Made by a program: the position numbers and the translations under genes | Notes under the pieces: model-generated | Databases searched by the model: none | What the model saw: only the letters and a program-made list of their open reading frames with translations | Told to the model about the DNA's origin: nothing | Shown: positions 36,413 to 46,533 of the stretch, piece by piece | How the letters are laid out: each line of letters starts with the position of its first letter | How positions within the stretch are numbered: the first letter of the stretch is position 1 | Virus record (IMG/VR): IMGVR_UViG_3300037486_000510 | Span: 1 to 64,000 of that record | Strand: one strand, 5' to 3' | Length of the DNA: 64,000 bases | From: a virus | Taxonomy: Duplodnaviria > Caudoviricetes

Positions 36413-39400
36413 TTACTGACTCACATAAATTATATATTTTCCTAGCCAGATAGCGTATTTTCCTAAAGAACTTACAGCATAAAGTCCGCCTGGATTCCAT
36501 ACGCCACCGCCAAAGGGGTACGCTAATCCATTGCCATTATTATATAATTCTGCTACTTCAGCAGTTGTTAATGCTTTATTCCATACTCCTATTTCATCTA
36601 ACTGACCATTATACATATATTGATTATTTCCATTTTGTCCAAAACTTGTAATACATCCAGAAAAATAAGAAACATCATAAGTAGTACTATAAGAATAATA
36701 AGACGTATCTACATATACGCCTATAGTGTTTGCGCTAGAATCTGCAACAGCAACAACATGATGCCAATTATTATCTACAACTGAATGTGCGGTACCTGTT
36801 ACTTCTGGTATATGACTTGCTCCATCACATGTTATGAAACTAACCATTCCTCCGGATCCTATATAAATTCGATAGCCATACCAATTGCTGCTATAATCGG
36901 TATTGTCTATTAAAAACATATCATTTGTAGATGCACTTGCAGTTTTTAGCCAAAAAGAATAAGAAAAGGTTGTTGGTTGAATATTTCCAACAGTTACTCT
37001 ACTAGTACTTCCACCATTTTTAAATTTATAGCATCCTGCTAATTTTCCTGAAGTTGAATTGTATGATATATCTACACAGGATCCTGTGTGAATTGAAAGA
37101 GAATCTGCCGCGCTTCCATCAGTTTCATTTAAAGGCCAGTATGATATTATATTTTGTAATAATGTAGATGTGCCTCCGCCGCTGAATGGATAGGCTAATC
37201 CATTGCCATTATTATATAACGATGCTACTTCACCATTAGTTAATGCTCTACTCCACCATCCAACTTCATCCATTATTCCTCTACAAGCTTCATTGGCTCC
37301 ATCATAAGAACTGCCTACGCCAAAAAAACTATTGGCAGTTAGTAATCTTTGATATTGAAGCGTCGATCCCGCTGTAGATACATTATTTACATATATTACT
37401 GGATATGTTCCTACTCCTCCTGCTATAGCAACTATGTGGTACCACGTTTCAGTAGAAAGTGCTGATGAATGTGCAACGCTAAACGAAGATGTATCTTTAT
37501 CACGAAATGCAGCAACTATGCCATCAGTATAGCTTCGTGCAAAAACTTCGCAATTATACCACGGCGTAGTACTATATCCACATCTAAACATATATTGATC
37601 TCCTGTTGGCGCAACGTTAGCTATTTTATGTTCTTTTATCCAAAAGGAAACCGACATTTTATCGCTTACATCTGCATATAAAGTAGCAAAATCACCGCTC
37701 ATTATTCCTGAGCCAGACGAGGATGGATCAAAATCTACTGCTTGCAAAATTTTTCCTGTTGTATTTAGAGAAGGGTTATGCCAAGTAGTTATATCATTAT
37801 TGCCGTGGGAATCGTATAATGTAGTTCCTGTGGTTTCTTCCATTTTCCAATAAGATATTAAATCACTTAATAGAGCGCTAGGAGTGTCTCCACCACCAGT
37901 AAAAGGAAATGATAGTCCTGACCCTGAATTATACAATTGTGATATTTCAGATGTTGCTAATTCTCTATCCCATATTCCTACTTCATCTATATAACCATTG
38001 AATCTATAAGAATCCCCCCTTCCTATATAAAATTGGCCACCTGCCACATATAAAATGCTTGTATCCCATGTAGCAGACGAAGCTTCTGCACCATTTATAT
38101 ATAGTCTTTGATTTGGTTGTTTAAATGAAAATGCCAAATGAGTCCAAGTAGATAATCCTATACTTGCATTTGCTGTAAGCGTACTATCTCCTCCAGCGTA
38201 TCCAGTATGCCCAAGATATATGGTGGGTTTTCCTGTAGTTTCTGCTATATAAAACCACCATCCATCATTATCAGTTCCTGACCAATCTGCTGCTATACTA
38301 AGTCTTGCGCTGCCGCCTACGCTTGCTGATTTTACCCAGCAAGAAAATGTTACTTCAGGATATGCAAAATATGCTGTTGATGGTTTAGATAAACCAGTGT
38401 TTCCTGCTGTAAATGCATAACTATTTACTATTTTTCCGGATTGATTTTGAGTTATTCCAGTTCCTTTAATTAAATCATAAGTATTAAGAGAATCGTGTGC
38501 TGAAACATCAGAAGTTTCGTCTAATTTCCAATATGCTTTTAAATTAGTAGATAAATCTGTAGATGCTTCTGCTGTAACAAACGGAAACGCAAATCCTGCG
38601 CCGTTATTATATAACGTAGCTACTTCAGTAGGTGTAAGTAATCTAGACCAATATCCTACTTCATCTATTCTTCCGTCAATTGCTCTAGTTGCTCCTCCGT
38701 AACTATTGCCTATGCATATATAATAGTTTGGTCTATCCGCAGGATAAAAAGAAATTTTATTATTTGATGTTTGTTTAGCGTCGGCAGCGTTTACATATAA
38801 TGCTCTTAAAGATACATCATAAGAATACATATACACTATATGATACCACTGCGCTGTAGCAAAAGTTATTTTGGAGGTACCCGAATAAATTTCATAATAA
38901 CTTCCATCTGTAGTATAAGTATTTGTTTGTATAGCGTTATATCCCCCTGCATCAACCATAGAAATAACTCCTGTAGGTGAATTACTTCCAGGCCCATCAG
39001 TGCTTTGAAAACGTGCAAGAATCATAGGATGGCCTGCAGCAACTGCTAACGTATCAAATTTTGCCCAAAAAGATATAGAAAACTGACTATTGCTTGTGTC
39101 TAGTCCAGAAAGAGTAAGGTCTTGTAAATAATCTGTACTTGTGTCAAAATCTATTGATTTTATAGATATGGCGTCGGTTGATCCTACTACAGCTCCCGAA
39201 AGTGTAAGATGATTAACTCCTACTGCATCATATATTGTGGTGCCAGTGTCTTCATCTAACTTCCAGTACGACTGTAAGCCTGTAGATAAATCTTCAAGAG
39301 TAAATGGATATGATAATGCATATCTACCATTATATATAGTAGATACATCATCTGCTGTTAATGCTCTATTCCATGCTCCTACTTCATCTATATAACCATC

Positions 39401-39982
39401 AAAGAAATAACCTCCGAGTTCAGTTCCAATATTTCCAATGTTTAATCTATTAGTAGCGCTATACATTGAATACCCTGAAGATGCGTTAATGTTTTTCCAG
39501 CTGGTTTGGCGAACGTTGTTAACGTACATATACATCGAAGTATCGCGATCAGCAATAAAAACTAAATGATTCCATCTATTAGGCAGTATATTTGCATCAC
39601 CGTATATTTCGGTATAAGATGTTTCAGTCCACCCTAATTTAAAATAAGGCTTATCGGTGCCATCATGTCCTAAATCTGTATAAACATAAGGTTCTGTACC
39701 CCAGTTACCCATTATACCTCTAGACGATGTAGATGCATTATCAATATAAACCCACGCTGAAAAAGTAAAATCATTTGTACTTAAATCTGTATTAAACGCG
39801 GTATTAGTAGCGCTAGATAATCGAGCGTATTGACTTGATGCTTTGTTGAATTTCATGGATTGACGCTTAATGCCGTTAGTAGCAAAAGTGCCATTATATT
39901 CAGTAAAACTATGATTTCCTGTAGCGTCTCCTATCGAATTATCTAATTTCCAATATGCTATTAAATTTGTTGATACTGCCAT
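36413..39982 (-). CDS. Five-repeat LamG/ConA-like lectin protein
   Basis: Five units each L.(A/S)YW(K/P)(L/M)(D/E/N)...G.(I/M/L)DE(V/I)G.W...L...Y.NG.G..YPF. Confidence 0.8.
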   Translation of the reverse strand: MAVSTNLIAYWKLDNSIGDATGNHSFTEYNGTFATNGIKRQSMKFNKASSQYARLSSATNTAFNTDLSTNDFTFSAWVYIDNASTSSRGIMGNWGTEPYVYTDLGHDGTDKPYFKLGWTETSYTEIYGDANILPNRWNHLVFIADRDTSMYMYVNNVRQTSWKNINASSGYSMYSATNRLNIGNIGTELGGYFFDGYIDEVGAWNRALTADDVSTIYNGRYALSYPFTLEDLSTGLQSYWKLDEDTGTTIYDAVGVNHLTLSGAVVGSTDAISIKSIDFDTSTDYLQDLTLSGLDTSNSQFSISFWAKFDTLAVAAGHPMILARFQSTDGPGSNSPTGVISMVDAGGYNAIQTNTYTTDGSYYEIYSGTSKITFATAQWYHIVYMYSYDVSLRALYVNAADAKQTSNNKISFYPADRPNYYICIGNSYGGATRAIDGRIDEVGYWSRLLTPTEVATLYNNGAGFAFPFVTAEASTDLSTNLKAYWKLDETSDVSAHDSLNTYDLIKGTGITQNQSGKIVNSYAFTAGNTGLSKPSTAYFAYPEVTFSCWVKSASVGGSARLSIAADWSGTDNDGWWFYIAETTGKPTIYLGHTGYAGGDSTLTANASIGLSTWTHLAFSFKQPNQRLYINGAEASSATWDTSILYVAGGQFYIGRGDSYRFNGYIDEVGIWDRELATSEISQLYNSGSGLSFPFTGGGDTPSALLSDLISYWKMEETTGTTLYDSHGNNDITTWHNPSLNTTGKILQAVDFDPSSSGSGIMSGDFATLYADVSDKMSVSFWIKEHKIANVAPTGDQYMFRCGYSTTPWYNCEVFARSYTDGIVAAFRDKDTSSFSVAHSSALSTETWYHIVAIAGGVGTYPVIYVNNVSTAGSTLQYQRLLTANSFFGVGSSYDGANEACRGIMDEVGWWSRALTNGEVASLYNNGNGLAYPFSGGGTSTLLQNIISYWPLNETDGSAADSLSIHTGSCVDISYNSTSGKLAGCYKFKNGGSTSRVTVGNIQPTTFSYSFWLKTASASTNDMFLIDNTDYSSNWYGYRIYIGSGGMVSFITCDGASHIPEVTGTAHSVVDNNWHHVVAVADSSANTIGVYVDTSYYSYSTTYDVSYFSGCITSFGQNGNNQYMYNGQLDEIGVWNKALTTAEVAELYNNGNGLAYPFGGGVWNPGGLYAVSSLGKYAIWLGKYIIYVSQ

Positions 39983-39995
39983 GATTTATTATCTT

Positions 39996-42900
39996 TTAAA
40001 CAGGGGTTCCATATAATATAACTGTAAGCTCGTCTGATGCAATTGCGTTTCTACCTAAATTAGCGTCTGTAATTACATAATTAGTTGCATCTGCATCTTG
40101 TGCATGTAATTCTAATAGAGTTTCAGATATTAAAACAATACTACTGGCATCAATAATTATAAAATTACACGCATTTCCAGATCCATATAATGTATTCCAG
40201 CCATCAAAATCAGTTACAGAAAATGAAATATATGGGCTGTTAACATATGCATGTATACTATTTGTAGTGCATGTAAATCCTGAAGAATCAATAGTAGCTG
40301 ACACTGGTTGTGGTGCCGGGCCCTGCCAAACTGTTATAGTTTTGCTAGATAATCCACTTCCACTACTTATATCAAATGTAGTTGTTCTTGCTGTATAACC
40401 TGCATTGGTTGAAGGATTTGCTCTAAGTATAAATCCACTTTGATAATTATCAGAAGCTTCAAGAGAAGCGCCATCATAAACTCCCCATGTTAACCAATCA
40501 GGTAAACTTTCAGCGTTTGTTATAATCCAATGCGGTGTTGTAGAACTATAACTTGTAGTAACTGTAGAATATTGTTCTTCTACTGTGTTATAATACCATA
40601 AGAACGTATATGCCTGCATTTCAACAAATTCAGTAAAGCTTAGATATTCTTGATCAACATTTAGTATTGCAGTAGATGCTTCTGAATAACCACCCACAGT
40701 TGTATCTCTGTATGCTGCGCCGGCTGTTGGTTGCGGGTCAGCCCATAAAGTAAGATTTCCACTTCCAGTTCCTGAAGGAGATCCAGCAAAACTTAGCCAA
40801 GTAGCTGCAGTTGAAGCTTCCCACGGATTTAATACATTAGTAACAACTGAAACATCATGCTGTCCACCTGCATCTCCGAATGTGTATGTAGAAGGAACAA
40901 AAGTTAAATATACGCTAGGATCTTGAGAAATAGTTACAGTTCTTGTAGGCACTAATGAATTAATATAAACTGTTGCGTTTCTTCTTAATCCACCATCTGG
41001 CTGTTGTTCAGCTGTAATTATGAATTGGCCGTCACCTGAACTTGATTCATTCGTAAGAGATAACCAGTCATACGACTCTGACGCATTCCACGTATTAATT
41101 ATATCTGTTGTAACATTGATTGAAACATCACCACCACTTTTTAAGAAATTTTTAGATGTAGGTGTACGGTATAAAGTTATTCTAGGATCGGTTAATAAGT
41201 AAACAACGAATTCTTCATTATTATGAGCGCTATCACTAAATGTAAGACCACCACTAAAACTAACATCATTGTGCTCAAAGTTAAATGATCCAACTCCATA
41301 ATCTGCTGTAGAAGGCACAGTTCTTTCTCCTCTCCAGCTAACATCTAAATCTCCTGCGTTCCATCCCGGAACAGTTATATATAATCCTTGAACGATGGCA
41401 ACTGCCATTCCTGCTTCTAAAGTAGCAGAATCATAAGTTGATATGTCCATTCCGCTTTCATCGCTAGGATCTATTGCCAATGTTACTATAGGAGGCACGG
41501 GTTCTTTATATTGTAGTAGATAATAAGTAACACTACCTCCAAAGTCATTAGTTATATAAAGACTTCCGTCTCTATCATATCCTGTATTGTTTTCTGTAAT
41601 AGGATGAATTTTAATTACACGTCCAGGAGTATCAGAAACATGGTCTCCTACACTAAGATCTTGCTCTATAAGTGTATCGTATGCGCAAATCCAATTAGGT
41701 ATTTCTGATACAACTGTAAAATGTCCACCCGGATTTGTAGTTATAATTCCGATACTTATATCATATGCACAAGGATTTCCAAATATAGGACAATATTCAT
41801 CGAAGGCCCATGTACCATCTACACTATATCCTGCTCCAGTTTCTTTTTCTATAGTAACAGTAGAAGGCTCAGGAGTAGGTGGAGTATAACCTGTAGGAGC
41901 AACTTTTAAGAAAAATCCACCATAAGATATTAACGTATTTTGAAATAATATAAAAGATGTATTGGCGCCTGCTGAAGGCTCACTTGGAGTAGAAGAACCA
42001 AGTGTATTGAATTCGACGTTACTTCCATAAGATAATCCTACAGTATTATATGCAAAAGCTCTAACATAATAGTGTGTAGATGCATTTAATTCTGTTAAAT
42101 AACTAACATAACTTCCTTCGCCGGTTGTTCCAGCTAATGTCGATGGATTGGCGATAGTTGGACTTGTAGCTGTATTCCAACATATACCCCTATACGTTAA
42201 TGCTATGCTTCCATCATGAGTTACATTGCCACCACCTGTTGCAGTATATGTAGAAATATCTGTTATAGACGTTGTAGATACAAACGGGAGTCCTGTCGAA
42301 GGTTCTTCACCGTATTCATAAGCGCCTAATGATGGTGGGCTATTCCATAATTTTCCTTCAGCATCGTATATTAAACCGCTTACATCTACTCCGCCATAAA
42401 TTAAGTCAGAATATGCCGCTAAATGTAAAAAAGTTATGGTAGGTAAACTCCCATCTTCATTTCTTGATGCATCTAAACCAGTTAATGATAAATTTGTAAA
42501 ATCTCCATCAGAAACACTATATACAGGATTATTTGTATTATTATATAAAAATGTATTATGATTTAATGAAGAATTTACGCTAAAGGTTCCAGATCCTAAT
42601 GAATTATCGTATGCAATGCAATTTTGTATATTATTTGAACAATTACCGTAATCCATCATTTGAAAACCATACGTATTATTGTTGTATGAAGTAACATTAT
42701 TAATGTGCATTATACATAAAGCTGCATTTTGAGTAAGTCCTGCAGTTCTATTGTTAAACGCTAAACAATTTTCTATTGTTCTAAGATGTTCTGTTTCATG
42801 ACCAGTATAAGGATTAGGTACTAAAGGACCTAATTTATATCCATTACCATCTCCGCCTTCTGTTACACCATCTTCTCTATATCCATTATTCCATGACCAG

Positions 42901-45900
42901 CAATTTTCAATAATAACCATTTTTTGTGAGTACCATAAATCTATTCCGTCATCGGAGTTATTCCAAAATCTACAACCACGAACAGTATTAACAGTTCCAA
43001 CACCATCATCTTGAACGCCTAATCCGTCTGCATCGCCATACGCGTCATTTAAAGGATCTGGTAATGGATGTGCGGTATCATAAGGATCATAATTATGGTG
43101 AAAATCGCTATTTAATACTAAACAATCTCCAGAAGAAAGTAATTGTCCTCCCCCGCCGCAATGGTGAATATTAAGTAACTCAAATGTGGAATTTAAACAT
43201 TGATATGCAGTAAAACCACCAAGATTATCTGAAGGTGTTTGATAGCAATATGCTATTTCAAGCCCTTTAAGATAAATATAATTGCCAGAAATTCTAACTA
43301 AAGTTTGCGGCCAATCAGGAAAAGTAAATGTTGAAGCTTCGATAAAAACCGGAGTCTCACCAGGATATGCCCATATATTAATAGACGCATCGGCCGTTCC
43401 ATTTTTTCCAGTGAGTATTTGTGAGCTATGATATTCATATGTGCCGCCTCTCATATAAATAATATCTCCTGCAGATACATCTTGCCATGCTCTATTTAAA
43501 GTAAACCAGGGACTAGAAATAGTTCCATCTCCAGTTCCATCACTTCCATCAGAAGAAATATAATAAACATTTACGCTGCTGTTTGGCATTAATACGATGC
43601 TAGTCCAAGGAGCTAATGTAAGATTTCCAACGGGATATATATTTCCAGATACATCTACCATAGGAATAATTAAAGATGCAACTATTTTATTGGCATTTGT
43701 TTCGTTATAATAAAATAATAGTTCGTTAGTGCTTGAAACTATAGTATAAGAATTTTGAGAATTTGCATCTTGGCTTGAATAAGTTTGCCATTCAGCCAAT
43801 GTTTTATAATCTGTACCTTCTCCTGGTTTATAAGTGCGAATTGTAATATTATCATCTATAGGTCTTGCATAAATATTATAATTAGAAGTACCATAATTTG
43901 TAATATTATCAGAAGCAGTAAGTGATACTCCTAACGTATATTGAGTAGCTGATTTTGCAATAAATTGATTATATCTTATTATATTGCCATATAAAGATGC
44001 GTAATCCCAGCTTCCAGACGCATATAGTTGTCCTTCTCCGTCATCTCCATTATTATAGCATAAATTATGTTCTACTGTATTATTGTGTGCAGAACCTAAC
44101 ATAATACCAGTGCCTCTATTGTTTGCGCATGTATTATATCTTACGCTTGCATCTGTAGTAAAGCTATCTAAATATATTCCGCGAGCTATATAAGCAGTTG
44201 GATTACTTGTTCCGTTTGTATTTCCGTATCCGTTTAAGATGATATTAGATTCTATATCCCAATGGTGTGGACTTGAAATAAGAGTACGATAAATTCCTCC
44301 ACCGTCATTAACTGTTAAACAGTGATTATTAATAAAATTATATCTTATCGCAGCCCCAGATCCGCTTCCTCCAGATATACCACAATAACCCATATTTTCT
44401 ATTCTATTGTAATATACTGTAGTATTAGTAGAACCAATTCTTATGCCCGTTGCATATTCTCCGTGATAGCCTTGACCAGCTATTAAACCTATATTAGTAA
44501 TTTTATTATAGTTTATTGTACAATCAGCGCCAGAAATACGTATTCCCGATTCATTACATCTATCAATGGTATTATTTGTAATATTTGTGTTCGCGCCTGG
44601 ATCTGATATTCCACTAAGTCCTGCATATTTAATACTACAATCCGTTATTGTAATATTTGAACAATTATATTCTGTAAAGTTGACCGCAGTTGATGTACAT
44701 CCAATAAACGATAAATTGTTAAGCGTTAAATAATCATAAGTGTTTCCCTGAAACAAATTGCCTTTTGTTGCAACTTTAACTTCTGTTGATCCAGGATCTG
44801 AACCAAAATATACATATAGTTTTTGAGAAATTGTGTCATGATACCATTCGCCATAAGTAGGGCTCATATATAAAGTGCTGAGATCATTTTGGAAGAAATA
44901 TCCCATATTATCATAAATATAATCATATGCGTCAGGTCTTGACCCATCGTTATATACAATAGTACTTCCGTCGTGTTCAATTATCTTATATCTTCCTTGA
45001 AGCCAATATGTTTGTCTTATTACAACATCGGCTCCTGTCCAATTAGGTTCATTTGCTAATTGATTATCTGTTATAGATAAAGAACCATCATGAGATTCAT
45101 ATGTTAAATAAGTTGTTCCTTTGGGATATCTTCCCATTCCATATTGAGATCCATCTATAACAACCATATTAGTTTGCTGATCAGCAGATATATCTCTTGA
45201 ATATACACCGCTTCCTTCATTTGTCCAGCCTGATGTGATAGTAGTAAAACCTGTAATTTTAGGATCTTCGCCTGTACTATAAGCTCCAAATGTAATAGGA
45301 TTTCCGGCAGTTCCTGATTTAGTAATATTTAATGTTCCATAAAATGTATCGCCTTTTCTAAATAAAATAGTTTCACCTGCCTCGATATTTCCCATCGATG
45401 CGTTAACCTTATCAATTGTTTTCCACGCGGTATTTATCGTTTTGCCATCACTTGCATCATTTCCTGAACTACTAACATAATAAGTTGAAGATTCTATAGG
45501 AGCGTCTGCTTCATATAACATTGCTCCAACTTGCCATACACCATTTTGAGCTGTTGTTGAAGGATATCCTGTTCCCCATGATGCATTAATAGAAAGACCC
45601 GTAGAATAATCACTAGATAATGTAGTACCATAATCGAGTCTTACACGTGGAACAAAAGTGCTTACATCTATAAAACTAGGATCCATTACAACTGAATTTA
45701 CATCATATCCCAATGCTTGCCAACCTTCGAATGTTAATTCGGAACCTAAATAATTAAATCTTATTGAGCCATCTCCTTCTTTCCAGAAAACGTTGTAGTC
45801 AGATTCAAACCCGACTGCGCAAGATGCATCAGCAATATTTATCATATGCTGATCATGCTCAGTATAAAAAATATTATTTTTAATTTTTGTATCAGATGCA

Positions 45901-46526
45901 GGAGAACCGCCCGTTCCCGACGCGCATGTATCTGTATTAGTATAAATATAAATTAATGGTCTCCAAGTTTCACCACTAGCTACACTTCGATTTCCATATA
46001 ATGTATTATTATAAACTCGTACTCCGCTTAAGCCTTTTATATTTACTGCAACTCCACCACCATTAACGATATTATAAAAAACTCCTCCTGAAGTATCTGT
46101 TATAAGATTACACGATTTACGTATAATAGCCATCGGAACTTGATCCAAATAATTATATTTTATGTAGGCATTTCTTTCATGACCTGTAAACAAACCATGC
46201 GTAATACTCCACCAACTATTGCCCGGATCTGGATCATTCCATTTAAACACGTTTCCAGATATAATTTCTCCATCAAGAGTATTGTTGTAACCTGTTGGAG
46301 GAAATGGATCAATACCTGCTTGAAGCATATATCCTGCTGTATTATCAGATTCAATTAAATTGTTTCTAAAAATAAATTCAGTTTGCTCAGATTTAGGCGG
46401 GCTTACGCCATTCCATACACTATCATCTGGAATTGTCCAGTTGTATGTCCAAGATGATGATTCGTATACGAGTAATGCCATAGTTAGGAGTAGGAAAATT
46501 TTTAGGTTAAGTAATAATTTGTGCAT
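39996..46526 (-). CDS. Multidomain right-handed beta-helix (including PL9-like lyase) + FN3 + BACON protein (probable start 46481)
   Basis: YYVSSSGND..G and YYISSDGSD..GDG beta-helix caps; DADG, NSDDGIDLW, GDGNGYKLG PL9 motifs; FN3 YYVRAFAYN; BACON WLS repeats. Confidence 0.75.
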   Translation of the reverse strand: MHKLLLNLKIFLLLTMALLVYESSSWTYNWTIPDDSVWNGVSPPKSEQTEFIFRNNLIESDNTAGYMLQAGIDPFPPTGYNNTLDGEIISGNVFKWNDPDPGNSWWSITHGLFTGHERNAYIKYNYLDQVPMAIIRKSCNLITDTSGGVFYNIVNGGGVAVNIKGLSGVRVYNNTLYGNRSVASGETWRPLIYIYTNTDTCASGTGGSPASDTKIKNNIFYTEHDQHMINIADASCAVGFESDYNVFWKEGDGSIRFNYLGSELTFEGWQALGYDVNSVVMDPSFIDVSTFVPRVRLDYGTTLSSDYSTGLSINASWGTGYPSTTAQNGVWQVGAMLYEADAPIESSTYYVSSSGNDASDGKTINTAWKTIDKVNASMGNIEAGETILFRKGDTFYGTLNITKSGTAGNPITFGAYSTGEDPKITGFTTITSGWTNEGSGVYSRDISADQQTNMVVIDGSQYGMGRYPKGTTYLTYESHDGSLSITDNQLANEPNWTGADVVIRQTYWLQGRYKIIEHDGSTIVYNDGSRPDAYDYIYDNMGYFFQNDLSTLYMSPTYGEWYHDTISQKLYVYFGSDPGSTEVKVATKGNLFQGNTYDYLTLNNLSFIGCTSTAVNFTEYNCSNITITDCSIKYAGLSGISDPGANTNITNNTIDRCNESGIRISGADCTINYNKITNIGLIAGQGYHGEYATGIRIGSTNTTVYYNRIENMGYCGISGGSGSGAAIRYNFINNHCLTVNDGGGIYRTLISSPHHWDIESNIILNGYGNTNGTSNPTAYIARGIYLDSFTTDASVRYNTCANNRGTGIMLGSAHNNTVEHNLCYNNGDDGEGQLYASGSWDYASLYGNIIRYNQFIAKSATQYTLGVSLTASDNITNYGTSNYNIYARPIDDNITIRTYKPGEGTDYKTLAEWQTYSSQDANSQNSYTIVSSTNELLFYYNETNANKIVASLIIPMVDVSGNIYPVGNLTLAPWTSIVLMPNSSVNVYYISSDGSDGTGDGTISSPWFTLNRAWQDVSAGDIIYMRGGTYEYHSSQILTGKNGTADASINIWAYPGETPVFIEASTFTFPDWPQTLVRISGNYIYLKGLEIAYCYQTPSDNLGGFTAYQCLNSTFELLNIHHCGGGGQLLSSGDCLVLNSDFHHNYDPYDTAHPLPDPLNDAYGDADGLGVQDDGVGTVNTVRGCRFWNNSDDGIDLWYSQKMVIIENCWSWNNGYREDGVTEGGDGNGYKLGPLVPNPYTGHETEHLRTIENCLAFNNRTAGLTQNAALCIMHINNVTSYNNNTYGFQMMDYGNCSNNIQNCIAYDNSLGSGTFSVNSSLNHNTFLYNNTNNPVYSVSDGDFTNLSLTGLDASRNEDGSLPTITFLHLAAYSDLIYGGVDVSGLIYDAEGKLWNSPPSLGAYEYGEEPSTGLPFVSTTSITDISTYTATGGGNVTHDGSIALTYRGICWNTATSPTIANPSTLAGTTGEGSYVSYLTELNASTHYYVRAFAYNTVGLSYGSNVEFNTLGSSTPSEPSAGANTSFILFQNTLISYGGFFLKVAPTGYTPPTPEPSTVTIEKETGAGYSVDGTWAFDEYCPIFGNPCAYDISIGIITTNPGGHFTVVSEIPNWICAYDTLIEQDLSVGDHVSDTPGRVIKIHPITENNTGYDRDGSLYITNDFGGSVTYYLLQYKEPVPPIVTLAIDPSDESGMDISTYDSATLEAGMAVAIVQGLYITVPGWNAGDLDVSWRGERTVPSTADYGVGSFNFEHNDVSFSGGLTFSDSAHNNEEFVVYLLTDPRITLYRTPTSKNFLKSGGDVSINVTTDIINTWNASESYDWLSLTNESSSGDGQFIITAEQQPDGGLRRNATVYINSLVPTRTVTISQDPSVYLTFVPSTYTFGDAGGQHDVSVVTNVLNPWEASTAATWLSFAGSPSGTGSGNLTLWADPQPTAGAAYRDTTVGGYSEASTAILNVDQEYLSFTEFVEMQAYTFLWYYNTVEEQYSTVTTSYSSTTPHWIITNAESLPDWLTWGVYDGASLEASDNYQSGFILRANPSTNAGYTARTTTFDISSGSGLSSKTITVWQGPAPQPVSATIDSSGFTCTTNSIHAYVNSPYISFSVTDFDGWNTLYGSGNACNFIIIDASSIVLISETLLELHAQDADATNYVITDANLGRNAIASDELTVILYGTPV

Positions 46527-46533
46527 TCATATT

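Noticed and set aside
46482-46526. Signal-peptide-like start MHKLLLNLKIFLLLT on the 2176-aa protein
   Set aside because: Probably an upstream in-frame extension; ATG 46481 gives an MA- start like neighbouring structural genes.
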